A stretch of 64,000 bases of DNA from Eledone cirrhosa (Eukaryota). The notes under the pieces were generated by a model. It saw nothing but the letters and a program-made list of their open reading frames with translations, ran no database searches and had not been told where the DNA came from. The stretch's first letter is position 1. Every line of letters starts with the position of its first letter. The stretch spans positions 248,124,001 to 248,188,000 of the forward strand of contig OZ024743.1 of NCBI GenBank assembly GCA_964016885.1. Direction: 5' to 3'. Shown piece after piece: positions 23,640 to 36,599 of this stretch. A program made the translations under genes and the position numbers.

Positions 23640-25665
23640 TCATCATGTTATATCTGTTGTTCCACGATTGCATGGGCTAGACAAGTCCTTCTCACTATAG
23701 CATCTCTCCACTTATCATGTTCCTTAGTCATCCCCTCCATGAGCTTCAGCAATCTGAGATCAGTTATCACCACTTCCATTCAAGTCTAAGTAGGTCTTCC
23801 TCTACTGGGAATACTTATCACTTCTTCACCCAGCGATCATCATCCATGCACATCACATGCCCATACTGACACAGTCTCCTCTCCTGCACACTATTTCTGA
23901 TTCCTCTTATACCCAGTTTCTCCCTAATTTCAATGGATGTGCATGCTTGCCTCATTTCTCTCCAGCTTTCACATGCCCCAGTGTTCACTGCTCATGTCTC
24001 ATTACCATGCAAGATGGTATTTCGCACACAGCCGACCTTTCTTTCATAGGGAGAAACCTTTTGTTGTTAGCAGGGGTAGTAGTTCCCTAAACTTCTTCCA
24101 TCCCATCTTTATTTTCGTTACTATGCTCTTATAGCACTCTTCCTCACTGCTAATTATATTGCCTAGGTAGCAGAAGTTATCAACCATTTCTATGGATTCT
24201 TCGTGGGATTGGAAAAGGTTTATATTATTTATTTTATTATTAGCATTCTTACTATCAATTGACCCTGAATATCTACTACATACAAAGTCTTCCTTTCCTC
24301 TTAGTCTACCTATTATCCCACAAAACCTCTTGTGTACACAAGCTTTGTATTGTGCACCTTGTATAGAATTTATGCCTACTCTTTTTCTACATATCAAGCA
24401 ATGCCACTTCCCTGATGAAATTGGTGCACTATCTTCTTTCCTACTTATTAACATTTTGGTGTTTGCTAAGTTTACTCTAATTCCTTTTGATTCTAAGTTC
24501 TGTTTTCACAACCGGAACTTATTTTCAAGTTCTTCAACAGATTCAGCTATGGGGATCAGATCATTGGCAAACAGAAGTTCCCATGGGAAACCAGTCTTAA
24601 ACTTCTCTGTTATGGCCTGGAGGACTAAGATAAACAAGATTCAGTTAAAACCTGAGCCCCAATGCACTCCTACCTGTACCTTTAATTCCTTACTAAACTC
24701 ACTTCCTAGTCTCACTTTACTTACAGCTCCTCTGTACATGGTTTGCACTGTTCTTACAAGTGACTCTTCTACACCTAATTTCCTTAAGGATCATAAGATA
24801 ACCGATTGAAGTACTCCATCAAAGGCTTTCTCTAGATCAACAAAAGCTAGATAGAGAGGCTTACTCTTAGCTAAGAACTTCTTTTGCAGTTATCTTACTA
24901 AAAAGAGGGCATCTGTGGTGCTCCTCCCTGGCATGAAACCAAATTGCATCTCATCTAATTTGACTCTTTCTATAATTAGTTGTGCTAAAACTCTTTCTGT
25001 CACTTACATAACTTGATCTGTTAGTTTTATTCCTTTGTAGCTGCTCCTTTCTAGAGTATCAACTGTTCCCTTGTAGCAATTAATAATCATGCTACTGTGC
25101 CAGTCACTGGATATGGTCCCATCTTATATTATCTGATTGACGATGCAGGTGACTAGTTCAATTCCTACTTCCCCATCTTAGGACGGCCCATGGCTTTACC
25201 CTTTTTCATCTCCTTGATTGTTTCTTTGACCCTATAACTGTTAATTTTGATAGCTAGTCCCTGTGTTGGATCAGTTGGAGATAATCTCTCTTCCTCCGAT
25301 TCATTAACGTCTCACGGTAGCAATTCCAGGCCTCTTTCTTTTGATCATCAATGATGCTAAGTGTACCATGTCATTTCAAACACATTTTTCCCGAATAATA
25401 TCCTGATTTACACTGACACACTGCCTTGCAATGCAGAACACCTCATGCCTCTGATCTTCCTGTTGCAGGAGATTGACAAACCTTCTTTTGGCCTCTTTTT
25501 GTACTATGTATATGTGTCACCTAACCTCTCTTTTAGCTACCAGGTACCAGTCTCTGCTGCTCACATTTTTCCAGTCTTTCCATGCCTGTCTTTTGGCTTT
25601 AATGGCTCTATCTATGGTGCTGTTCCACCACCAGGTCACCCTGTCTGGCTGGAGCCAGGCCTAAG
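23640..25665 (-). mobile_element. RTE-clade LINE fragment including RT domain
   Basis: RT motifs (QFGFMPGRSTTDA, decayed YADD box), WHCLICRKRVG finger, FCYLG, GWKKFRELLPLL; (GAT)n tail. Confidence 0.9.
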
Positions 25666-25666
25666 A

Positions 25667-26171
25667 TGAAGTGATATTGGCTACAAGACTACAGTTTGGT
25701 AAACTCTCGGTTTGAATTTTGGTGATACTTAGTCTTGTGATAACTTTTGTAACACAAATGATACTTGGTCAATTTCAAATAACAACTTGTACGAAATCAG
25801 GGAACACAATTGGGTGAGGAATTAATTCCAATACAGAGGAAAATACAGATTGGGTTGGCAACAAAACTCAAATGGAAAGAAGGTGGTAGTTGAGACAGGC
25901 TAACAGATGAAAGAATGACGTGATGAACAATCATAGACTTTGGTAGAGAAAGAGCTCTCAGTGCCAGGGGTAAATACACTTGATGAACTCCACCTCCCCC
26001 CCTTAATTAACAGACTAATAGGCAGGAGGGAATTTTGCTCTCATTTATATCTGAGACTGGGATGACAGTCTCCCTTTGTACCCTACTTGCTCGGCTTCTG
26101 ATCCTATCTTCATCTAAGTGACTCCCCATCCCAGTCGGACCCAACTTATTATGCTTCTTACTATATCTTCA
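25667..26171 (-). mobile_element. Possible solo LTR
   Basis: TGAAGTGATAT...ATATCTTCA ends; TATA-like GATATAAATG on the minus strand; no TSD. Confidence 0.3.
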
Positions 26172-27289
26172 TCAATAAATGGCGAAGGTGGAGAATAAGA
26201 AAGCGAGGATCCAAATCATGCGACGAAATAGTGAAACCTTTCCGACCCATGCTAGCGTGGAAGATGGACGTTAAACGATGATGATGATGAATAGTATGAA
26301 TGATTTAAACTGAGACATATCTAAACTTTTTAAGTGTAAATATGGCTCCCTAGTGGTCCGTTTTTTTTATCAAAACAGATCAACATGTGACTTGGTGGAA
26401 TGAAAAAATGTGGATGTGGAATATTACTGTACGTTTGTGAAGAAAAAGATATAAAGAAAAGCCTTAAAAATTCAAGTGTTCGAGAGACGAAAAGAAAATC
26501 GTGATAACTTTAAAAAAAAGGCCGTTAAGACACTACAAAGAGTTACAGTAGATACTTATTACTTCAACTGAAAAATATGTTAAAGTGTGTGGTGCTTAGT
26601 TGAAAGGTTCAATTAAGTTGTCGAAAATATTCTAATGCTTAAACTGCGATAAAATGACACTTGAGACGTTCGGGGAAACTTATAACGAAGTTGTCATTGT
26701 TGCCTTACTAACGTATCACCTGATGCTTGTGAGGGTGTTTCGCTATTCCAGCACATTAGCCTCGCTATCACCCATAACATTCTCTCATATAACATGTGCA
26801 TATCTTCCTTTATTTTTTTTTTCTGATACATTTTTATTGGTTTATTTCTTTTAAAAATCCTATTCATTATATAAACTAGCAGAAAAACCACCCTTCGGGT
26901 GGTTTTCTGCTAGTATGTGTAGTGTGTATATTGATATTATACGCAAGTATATATACATGTAGATATGGTACATCAAATAAAATCGTAATTCACAATATAC
27001 ACAGAAATTGAACGAAGACTGCGTTACACTATCTTATGTAATCAGTAACAATTATTAAATTCATAACTTTATTAATATTTAAAAACGGGAAAGGGCTCTA
27101 GGGTCATGGAAGGGGGAAGGGAGAGGGTGATGGGCTCTGAGCCTTGGGCGCGGTGGTGTTGGGGCTGCGCCCCGCGGACAATGGCCAGCGACATCCGCTG
27201 CAACAGCCACCCCACCTAGTTAGGAATTTTCTTATGATTGAAAAATGTGATAAATCGTATAGTTACTGATGAGGATAGACAGAAGCAGA

Positions 27290-28085
27290 GAATGGGGACA
27301 ATCTGCGTTCAAGGGAAGCTTTCAACTCTCTCTTTGATCTTTCTGATAAATTTTCTAGGTGCCGCTTACTTTCTGTAAGCGCAAACTTCTCGGTGGACTG
27401 GATTGATGCCGTGTCTGTGGCCAACATTAGTGGTCTACTCAGTCAGGATGAACTCCACATCTCCATTGCACTTCGAGTGGGGGTCTGAGATGCCGCTGTT
27501 GTAGGTCCCTTGTTAACATGGTTTGTTCTGCCGCCTGAATGCTGGTCGTTTTGCTTGTCACACCAAGTTAAACCTGATCATCAAAAGAGCCGTGACTCGG
27601 GCAGTGAAAGGAAAAGACCAGCCAGTCTTACCCTTTGTCCCTGGGTAAGAGGTAGGTCTCTCATCTGGGACGTCACAGTCAGTGACTCTTTTGCTCTCTC
27701 CTACATCATGGATGCCACGAACGGAATAAAATTCGGAAATACCTGCATTTATCAAATAATAATTTTTTCCAGCCTGTGGCGTTTGAGACGTTTGGTGGAG
27801 TTGGACCACTGACAGCGAAGTTCTTGTCATCACTGGCGGTTCACCTTACTGAGGTGTCAGGTGATACCCGCGAGGGTGCCTGGTTATTTCAGCGCCTTAA
27901 CCTCGCAATCAACCGAGGTAATGCTGCGAGCGTGTTGGCTTGCCTCAAAGTGTGTAGTTAACCCTAAGGTGTGAGGTGCAGTCGATTGTCAGACTTGGTG
28001 GTGAATTGCACCCCACTTTTTTTCTTTCCTTTATCATTATTATTCAATGAATTATATTATTATACACCTTGATAAAATAAATCTT
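27290..28085 (+). mobile_element. CRE-clade non-LTR retrotransposon 3' fragment
   Basis: KRPASLTLCPWVRGRSLIWDVTVSDSFA and AFETFGGVG...WLFQRLNLAINRGNAASVL; AATAAA-containing 3' end. Confidence 0.8.
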
Positions 28086-28659
28086 GTATAGGTATTGATA
28101 TTGATTCTTTCGACACAGGAAGAGAATGCTGCAGATGTGTGTATTATTTAATCAATAAATTTCAGCGGTTTAGAATTTTGGAGAGTTGAACGCAAGTTGA
28201 TTCGAAGATTTTAACTTCAAACATAAAAGAACCGCAATGATTCTGACTATTGTAATTAGACAATAGGTTGAAATATGTTAGTATAGAGATTTGTCTACGC
28301 TCCGACAATTTTAAAACGATGTTGAGAATAGTAGATTCCAGCAGTAGATTTCAATTTCTCATCTAAAAGTTACTCTATTTTATGATTCTCCTGGACTGCT
28401 CTGCATTTCTTTCAGACTCGTTTGGCTCAGGTGCTTAAGTGTAATTTCTTTTCGTGTTTGTATGAAACAAGATTGTTGATTAAAAAACAAAACAAAACAA
28501 GAAACGTTGCACTTCTTCATTTCCTCTCATAAAACAGAAGTTAACTCCATATGAAAACTTTACAGTTTTTAACAGAGCAACTCTAATTTTCTTAAAATAT
28601 AAAGTATTAAAATATAAAGGATCCATCAAAACTAATTGCACCGAAAGAGTTGAGCGAAT

Positions 28660-28779
28660 GTGATAGTCTAACGGAAGTTGGTTTCAAAACTTCCTGTTAC
28701 AATTTCAATTTATTATCATACTCAGGTTGATCTGTTGATCTTTTTATATTTTCTTCGATTTACTTCCAAAGTTTTCACG
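28660..28779 (+). promoter_or_regulatory. Putative CHMP1A core promoter/5'UTR with opposed ETS-like motifs
   Basis: ACGGAAGT (28671) and ACTTCCTG (28689) lie about 100 bp before the ATG in a locally CpG-retaining region. Confidence 0.35.
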
Positions 28780-28795
28780 ATGTCGAAAATGGATG
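28780..28795 (+). CDS. CHMP1A: CHMP1A-like ESCRT-III subunit, coding exon 1
   Basis: ATG TCG AAA ATG GAT G|gtaag; the phase-1 end fits the following 20-nt exon. Confidence 0.8.
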
Positions 28796-31011
28796 GTAAG
28801 AATATAATCTAATAATATTTCTATTCATATTGAATTTGTAGTTCTTAATAACTGTGTGTATACCGTATTCATTTGGGTGTTGGCTATAAGTTCTGCGATA
28901 TCCATTTCCCGATGAATGTGACCAGATACATTTCCCTTACAATCATATTTAATTTTTGTTTGTTTGTATCTAATTACACATTTCAATTAATCTGGTACTT
29001 TGTTTAAGTTAGACATTCGAATAAACGATATCTACTGGGAGTTGTTGAACATAATTCTTTCAGTTTCCTCAGATTATATATGTTGACATTTATAGTTGAC
29101 GGTATATCATTAAGTAACTACAATATATATATATATATATACTGCCTTTAGAGCTTGACATTGTTTATTGTTATATAGCAATAGAACAAAGTATTTACTT
29201 CGTAAAATGGTGTTCGTATATGAAGATAATTTGTTTGTATATAGTTGTAAGTGTATAATTTATGTATACACAACTTAGATATTATATAATTACTAGTGTG
29301 GTTTATGAATCATCAAACAAATTTGACAAAAGGAAGTGAGCGAATCTTGATAAATTGTTGAATTGACAACTGAATCAGTTGGTTCGATCTTCATTCGATG
29401 CTGTAAAAAAGACTTCCGTGGGACCTAATTTCATATTGAAATTAAATATATATGGTGCTGCTCGTGAAGGTGCTTGGTATTCCAGAGGCTCTGCTCCTGT
29501 CTATTACCTGCGCCTCAACATGCTTTAGAGGGTAAACACCTGTTTTCTCTGTTGTGTGTCATTGAGCAAATGTGCATATCTTTTCCTTTTTCTCGTTCTG
29601 ACTAATTTTTTGTTATTGTCCATTTGATTTATTGGTCATGTTACAGAATATAAGCCAACCAAGAAAAATAGTAACTCATACTGTAATATTTTAGCCTACC
29701 ATTTAGAATGTTAATGCATTACTATTTTAATTTCTACACATACACACCTTTTCATCATCATCGTTTTGTATTCCATGATGGCATGGGTTGCAAGATTTGC
29801 CACGGTCAGATATTAGAGGGGTCAGAGGATCGTGTCTTGCTTACACATTCCATTTTGGCAGGGTTTCTACAGCTGAGTGCCCTTTCAAATGCCAACCAAT
29901 TTACAGAGTGTATAAAGTATTCATACCTATCCAGGGAGCCTTTATATGGTTGCTCCACCTGCTAGAAACAGCAGCCAAATACATCTGCCTCACCCCATCC
30001 TCAACACACACAACTTTAAAAACACCTTGGATAATTTGATCCTAAGTTCAAATTAGTAGGGGGAAGGATGTGTTTAACCATGTGGTCAACTGGCATACTT
30101 TATTCTCATTTGCTTAATGTCTCTAAAACCAGTATCATCTCTAGCCTAGTGGTTTCTAGGCTTGGGACAGACTTGAACAGTATTTAGGAGGAAAAACTCG
30201 ACAAAGTGTTTATTGCAGAATTTGGGAGGTGAGACTGTAAGAATAATGAAGAGAAGAAGGATGGGTGAGCTTTGATGAAGAGGTTGTAGTTGTGGTAGAA
30301 TTGGCAGCAAGGAGATAATGATTATAGTGTGTTCGAAATTGAATCTTAGCTCATCAGTTGAATGACCTTTTGGGATACAGTCCAGGATATTTTCATGAGT
30401 ATACAACAAAAGTATTCCAATGTGAGATTTGAAGGTATACAAGGGTTTGTGAACAACTACAGAAATCATCTTCATCACTTAATGTCTGTTTTCTCTGTAG
30501 TAAGGGTTGGACAGGTTGACACAAACCAAGTAATTATTTAAATGGTGCCACTAACTTTTCAGACAGGTTGGTGACTCTATGTTCCCACACTCTATAGAGT
30601 GCATGGTAGAATTTTATTACAGCACCATTACAAGGGAGGTTGCCATGTCTTTGACGTAACTGAAGAGTTTTCTTTACTCTTTGTTTGGCAAGTTCTCTCT
30701 GGACAGGTGCCTTTCTTATCATCAACCACTTTACAGACTATACAGGTTGTAATTTATCATGTTACCAACACTAGTGAGATTGTTGTTTCTTTGTCACAAC
30801 TGAAGGGTCCTCTCAACACTTTTTTGGCATGGTTTCTACAGTTGTATGCCCTTCCTGTCATAAGTCAGAGTGTACTGGGTGCATAGGATAGTGGGCGATA
30901 AGATATCAAATATACTGATATAAGATGTATCCTGTTTAATAATATTATTACCTGATGTAAGATCTTCCTCTTAATTATCCTAATATCATTCTCTGTTGTT
31001 CCGCTTTTCAG

Positions 31012-31031
31012 AGATGTTGTTTCAGTTAAGG
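31012..31031 (+). CDS. CHMP1A: CHMP1A-like exon 2 (20-nt microexon)
   Basis: ttttcag|AG ATG TTG TTT CAG TTA AGG|gtaagt; encodes EMLFQLR, compared with DTLFQLK in vertebrate CHMP1A. Confidence 0.9.
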
Positions 31032-31442
31032 GTAAGTATCAAGCAACTGTTGTTTAATTTCAAGTTTATTTTGTCCCTTATCTGACATCTATTAAAATAT
31101 ACAAATTTGTCTTGTATATTACATATATTGGCACTTAACGTATATTTGATAATTCAAGTTAAACTTATCATTATAACTTTATGCAAGAACCTTTGATTAA
31201 ATTAAGTTCCAAATATCAGCTTAATATACCAATAAATAAAATAGCTATTTTACTAAGTCCCTCTAAATTCTCAATTATTTAAAAAATTAATTGGTATTAT
31301 ATTTTGCTAAAAATATTGTCATAAAAGCATAAAGAATCCTATTATTTATAAAAGCAGATATTAAATAAAATTAATAACACTTATAATTAAGTGAAAGCTA
31401 AATGAACTAGATAATCATTTCATAATCATTTCTCTTTTATAG

Positions 31443-31520
31443 TTCACTACAAAACAGCTTGAACGACTGGCACGGAAAGCAGAGAAAGAACAACATGCAC
31501 AGCAAAATCGTGTAAAAAAG
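31443..31520 (+). CDS. CHMP1A: CHMP1A-like exon 3
   Basis: Encodes FTTKQLERLARKAEKEQHAQQNRVKK; AG/GT boundaries. Confidence 0.95.
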
Positions 31521-31910
31521 GTAATGACATATTCTTTGGTAGTAAAATATTTAGTTGCATGAATGTCTGATTGTATATTATAGAAGTGAAATTGGTGTAG
31601 GTGGATGATGTTTTTTTTTCATTGCATTTAATATATTCTGGTGAGGAAAAACTAGGCAATATGAAAGTATATTTGCATATTCTTTATCTGATGCTTTAAT
31701 GGTTTTGCTAATTCACTGCCTAAAGAATGGGAATTAATTACAAAATCCTTTTTAAATTAACATGAAGTTATGAATGTAGTAGAAAGAGACATAGCATAGA
31801 TTGTGCAGTGATTGTGGGAATGAGTGAGAAAGTGAGATTTCATATTCTATATATATTTTCATATTACATTTGTCCATTTCTGCTGATCATATTTTCTACT
31901 CTATTTATAG

Positions 31911-32057
31911 GCAATACAACAAAAAAACATTGAGGTCGCTAAAGTTTATGCAGAAAATGCTATTAGGAAAAAGAATGAATCGTTAAATTACTTGCGCATG
32001 GCTGCACGTGTAGATGCAGTATCAAGTAAAGTGCAAACAGCTGTCACAATGAAACAG
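31911..32057 (+). CDS. CHMP1A: CHMP1A-like exon 4
   Basis: Encodes [49 protein letters not shown], the CHMP1 signature region. Confidence 0.97.
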
Positions 32058-32544
32058 GTACGAGCATTATTATTGTTCTCTTAGAATCCTTACTGAATAT
32101 TTTTGTTCAAATTTAGTAATTTTCTATTATGATCAATGAAATGCACCCAGTACACTCTGTAAAGTGGTTGGTGTTATTAAGGGCATTGGGCCATAGAAAC
32201 AATGCCAAAAGGGTTACGAGGATACATCATGCACATAACCTCTTTAGTGCTGTTTTCATGGAAATGCGCCCAGTACATTCTGTAAAGTGGTTGGCATTAA
32301 GAAGGTCATCTGGCTGTAGAAAACCTGTTAAGAAAAGGATTGAGAGGATTTTTCACTTGTATTAAGGGCACAACAATTTCCCTAATGCTGGTGTCATGAT
32401 AAAATTCACCCAGTACTCTCTATAAATGTAGCCCCTGGCCTGTTTGTGAGGATAGTATTTTTGATTCAGTACTGACTTGGTCTGTGATGACCTGTTCAAC
32501 CCTTGCTAGCCTGAAAAAAAACCTCCTCAAATGATAATGATTCT

Positions 32545-32845
32545 TGTCTGACACCTGGATAAGAAACAACAAAGGACCAGTGCTATGGAACATTCGATCA
32601 CAAGAAGCCTGGACAAAATGGGACCTGCCAAAATGGGGGTTTACATGGACTGAACTTTGGAAATTGGAGCCCTTTCTCATCTTTTTCTTGCTCCAACCTG
32701 TGTACAACACTTTTCCAACACTAACAAACATGCAAAGGTGGGAAATGAAGGAGAACCCACTGTTCAGACTATGTCTAGGAAGAGTAATGATGGTGCACAT
32801 ACTGGCAGGATGAAACACTGCATTTAGCCTGGGGAGATATAGCAT
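32545..32845 (+). mobile_element. HERO-like RLE non-LTR retrotransposon fragment
   Basis: QEAWTKWDLPK..TWTELWKLEPF..VYNTFPTLTNMQRW..RLC...HILAG (zinc-knuckle region). Clade assignment is from recall. Confidence 0.65.
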
Positions 32846-32934
32846 TTAATGAAATGCCCCAAGAGACATGTCTGTTTAATATATCTGCTTGTTTTCATAT
32901 TTGATTCTTATTATTGTTTTTATTTTTATTTTAG

Positions 32935-33003
32935 GTGGCTAAAAACATTGAAGGAGTCACAAAATCATTGGAGAAAGCAGCATCTGCATCAGATCTAGTA
33001 AAG
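32935..33003 (+). CDS. CHMP1A: CHMP1A-like exon 5
   Basis: ttttag|GTG...AAG|gtaat; encodes VAKNIEGVTKSLEKAASASDLVK. Confidence 0.92.
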
Positions 33004-33369
33004 GTAATATTTCTTGCTTGTATTCAGTTTGTATTCATTGACTAGACAGGACTTGCATATATGTAAGGAGAGTTTCTAAATTTATGATGTGAAATTGGGA
33101 ATGTGAATATTGTATGCTGTTGACATAAAATTCAAATAATACAAACATGGAATAAAGAATCCAGGCATTTGAGCACAAGTGCTGCAGATGGCTGCTTTGA
33201 ACCTCATATTTAGAGCACAAAACAAAAGGCTGTGTATTCTACCATGACTCCCTGTCCCAAATCAAGTGTTTTATTATAACCACAGGACAACCAATGCTTT
33301 GTAAGTGAATTTGGTAGACTAAAACTATAAGGAAACCCATTGGATATATGATATATATATATATAAATA

Positions 33370-33625
33370 TAAGTTTTCCAAGAGATGGCAACATGAATGG
33401 ACTTGTTATTTTTCTCTAAAAAATGTTTTTCTGTTTCTGTCCTGCTCGTCTCCTCAATTTTTCTATTTCTTCTTTAATTTCTCATTCTATCTTCTGATGA
33501 AGGACTAGCATCCAAAATGTTAAAACTTGTTTCCTACTATATCAAGCAAAAAACTTATAATATATTTCTTCATTGTACTGTGTCATTTGTTTTGTTATTT
33601 CTGTTTGCCTTTTGCATATATATAT
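33370..33625 (+). mobile_element. Penelope-like terminal fragment with decayed hammerhead
   Basis: CTGATGA AGGA CTAGCA TCC AAAA TG TTA (core consistent with CpG decay) inside a T-rich unit bounded by (TA)n. Confidence 0.45.
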
Positions 33626-34168
33626 CATGGTTTTTATGTCCACTTTTCCATGCTGGCATGGGTTGGACTGATTGTTTTGAGATAATGTTTTACAGCTGGA
33701 TGCCCTTCTTGATACCAACCCTTTTAGTCGCCTCCTACAACATGCAGGGATATGGTTTACATATTTTAAAAACTGGGATACATAGTATAAAAAAGTGGAC
33801 AGTATCTCTTTTTGGAATCAAATTCATATTTGCAATATGCCAGATGGCTGCACTGACATTACACCAAACTAAAACATATATATGTATGTGTATCGTATAT
33901 GTGTGCCTCCTTGTGACACTTGTTTCTGCTTTACATAAAACAATGTTTTGCAGCTTATGGTTCAATGGAGGTCAGCAATATATACCATACTTAAAAACTA
34001 AAGTATGGTAAACCGGGGAAAATATCCAACTTTAGAAAAGACTGCATTAAAAACGTCTTTTCCAACCCATTCCAACATAGAAAAAGCAGATGTAAAAACA
34101 TTTGAAATGTTGATGATAGTTTTATTTTTGGACCAATTTATGTAGTAGTTTTGTTATTTATCTCCTAG

Positions 34169-34228
34169 ATTGAACAAGTAATGCAAAAATTTGAGAAGCA
34201 GTTTGAAGACCTTGATGTTAAGACTTCT
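34169..34228 (+). CDS. CHMP1A: CHMP1A-like exon 6
   Basis: cctag|ATT...TCT|gtgagt; encodes IEQVMQKFEKQFEDLDVKTS. Confidence 0.95.
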
Positions 34229-35581
34229 GTGAGTTTTATACCATTTTTATATATTATTGTTGTTTCCAAACTTTTTGTTTTTTAGCTGTTTCTGTTTTTA
34301 TATCTTGTAACACTGCTTGTTTGTAACATTGTTTTTGGTTTCTTCTTAATAACTATTAACAATGAACCAAATTGACATGATTTATTGTTGAAGAATTTGT
34401 GAAGTTATTAAAATTGTCTTTTTGGAGATATATTACAACATACTTTTTATGACCATGCCTTGCAGGTCCTGTGACAGGTTTCATACTCATTGTGGGGTCT
34501 AAATGCCTTTTCTGGTACTAACTCTTTTAGTCACCTCTTGCAACATGTAGGGATACAGTGTACCTATTCTAAACTGGATTTAAAATCATCTCATTTTGAT
34601 AGTTATATTCTCAAATTGAAAAACAAATAACAGAGAAAATATGATATATTCTTAATAATATTGCAGAGTGCTGAAACTTAACCCAGTTATCATGGCACCA
34701 AGTGTTTGGGCAACACTTCCATTTTAGAGATTCATTGTACTCATGGCTTTTTTTCTGCAACATGACTATAAGTGCAGGCATAGCTGTGTGGTTAAGAATT
34801 CATTACAAACTTGGCAACAAAAGCATTAAAGATACTTATGAACAACATTTTAGATCTATTTTTCTATGCTAACTTAGGTGGGATGGATTTTTTTGGAACA
34901 ATTGTTTCTACTACTGGATTTCCTCCCTACCATAAACCACTGAACTTTGCTGAAGGGTATGGCACCAGTTTTATGTCAGCCAGAAGAGTTGTAAACAGCA
35001 GTTATGTGTTTTGCACAGGGACACAACACAATGACTGTAGCACCATTAGTATTTGAATGTATGTTTATAGTATCAGTTGTCTCATACAGTGGTTGACTTT
35101 GATGTGGAATTCTGACACAATTTTCCAAAAATCACAAAATCCATACCTAAATTGTTTTAGAGAGAATTTATTCATATAAAAAAAAACATATAATAAATTA
35201 TTATTAAATTCTAATAAAAATCACCTTGTCTTGTGCAACAACAGAAATTTTCAGGGAACCATGGATTTCCTCATAATCCACTTAAACCTTTTGATACCAA
35301 CACAGCCAAAACCAGTTCTGGTTTTATGAAACAAAACCATCCATTTTAAAGGATTCCTATTTAAATTAAAATCTTCCAACATAATTTTATATAAGAACCA
35401 TATATTAAGTTATTATCTTAGTAATGAAATAATTGATAATTTTAGTAAATCCCTCAAAGTTCTTCATATATTAATTGAAATAGTTTCACAAAATACCGTC
35501 ACAAAAGTGTTACTCTCATTGCAATTATCTCCACAATGGCTTTATTCTTTTTCTGTATTTTTCAAATATTTGTTGTTTTAG

Positions 35582-35775
35582 ACACTTGAGTCTTCAATGA
35601 GTTCTGCCACGACTTTATCAACGCCTCAAGATCAAGTTGAAGCACTGATACAACAAGTTGCTGAAGAGAATGGTTTGGAGATGATGGACCAACTCAAAGA
35701 TCTGAATCCTGCTTCAGGCTCTATCAAATCAACAGTTACAGCAGATTCTGTCAAGGAAGATGACCTCACTCGAAG
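35582..35775 (+). CDS. CHMP1A: CHMP1A-like exon 7
   Basis: Encodes TLESSMSSATTLSTPQDQVEALIQQVAEENGLEMMDQL...EDDLTR; ends AG|gtaagt. Confidence 0.96.
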
Positions 35776-36219
35776 GTAAGTAATTTTATATGTTACTGTA
35801 GCATTACAAGATATGCTAACAAATTAATAATCTTTAACCTCTTTAGCGTTATAGCCTTTTTGATTATTTAACAAAAAACACAATTTTTCAATTCTCAAAA
35901 ACAATTAACTTTTTAATTATCAAAAGCATTATACTCATGAAAATGGCCCCAAATGATGAAAGGCAGGAGGCTGAATTAAATGTAAGGTGGTTGGTGATAG
36001 AAAACACATCTAACTGTAGAAACTATTCTAAAAGAAGGTTGAGAGGATTCTTCAGTTTTGTCAAAGACATGACAACCTCCCTAGTGCTTGTGTCATGATA
36101 AAATACACCCAGTGCACCCTGTAGAATGTATGAATGTATGTAAGTGAGATGTACTTTCCAGCCTGTCTGAGATGTCAGAAGCTCTGATTAATTCCAGTAG
36201 AGAAAATGGATGTTAAATG

Positions 36220-36402
36220 ATAATTGTTTCTACTTTTGGCACAAGGCCATCAATTACCCAGTGCATTACTGGTACTTTATTTTATCGACGCCATAAGGAT
36301 GAAAGCCAAAGTTAACCTCAGCGGGATTTGAACTCAGAATGGCAAGGGCCGTAACTCTATGCATCAAAGCATGGCGTCTGACCCTCTACCGATACTGCCA
36401 AT
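36220..36402 (-). mobile_element. Young SINE copy
   Basis: Reverse complement of the 40220 copy. Confidence 0.85.
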
Positions 36403-36599
36403 GCAGATATACCCCCGTGCAGTGTTTTTGGCTATGTTATTGACCCCGATATATTGATCTGGCAGTGTTATATAAGGTTAAGTTCCTCCAAAAAGAAGTA
36501 ATATTAAAATTCCTCAATACTGGATTGAGCTGAAACTTAAATCTGACATGTTAGCATGGTAATACTTTTTATTGTTTTTATTATTTACTTGACCCAGTG

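Noticed and set aside
24192-24809. 205-aa plus-strand ORF (also 43734-44303 on the minus strand)
   Set aside because: Antisense shadow of RTE reverse-transcriptase sequence.
27226-27280. CTGATGAG motif near the CRE fragment
   Set aside because: No stem II-GAAA arrangement was found.
33517-34011. 164-aa hydrophobic ORF in a CHMP1A intron
   Set aside because: It runs across several unrelated repeat fragments and T-rich sequence, with no recognisable domain.
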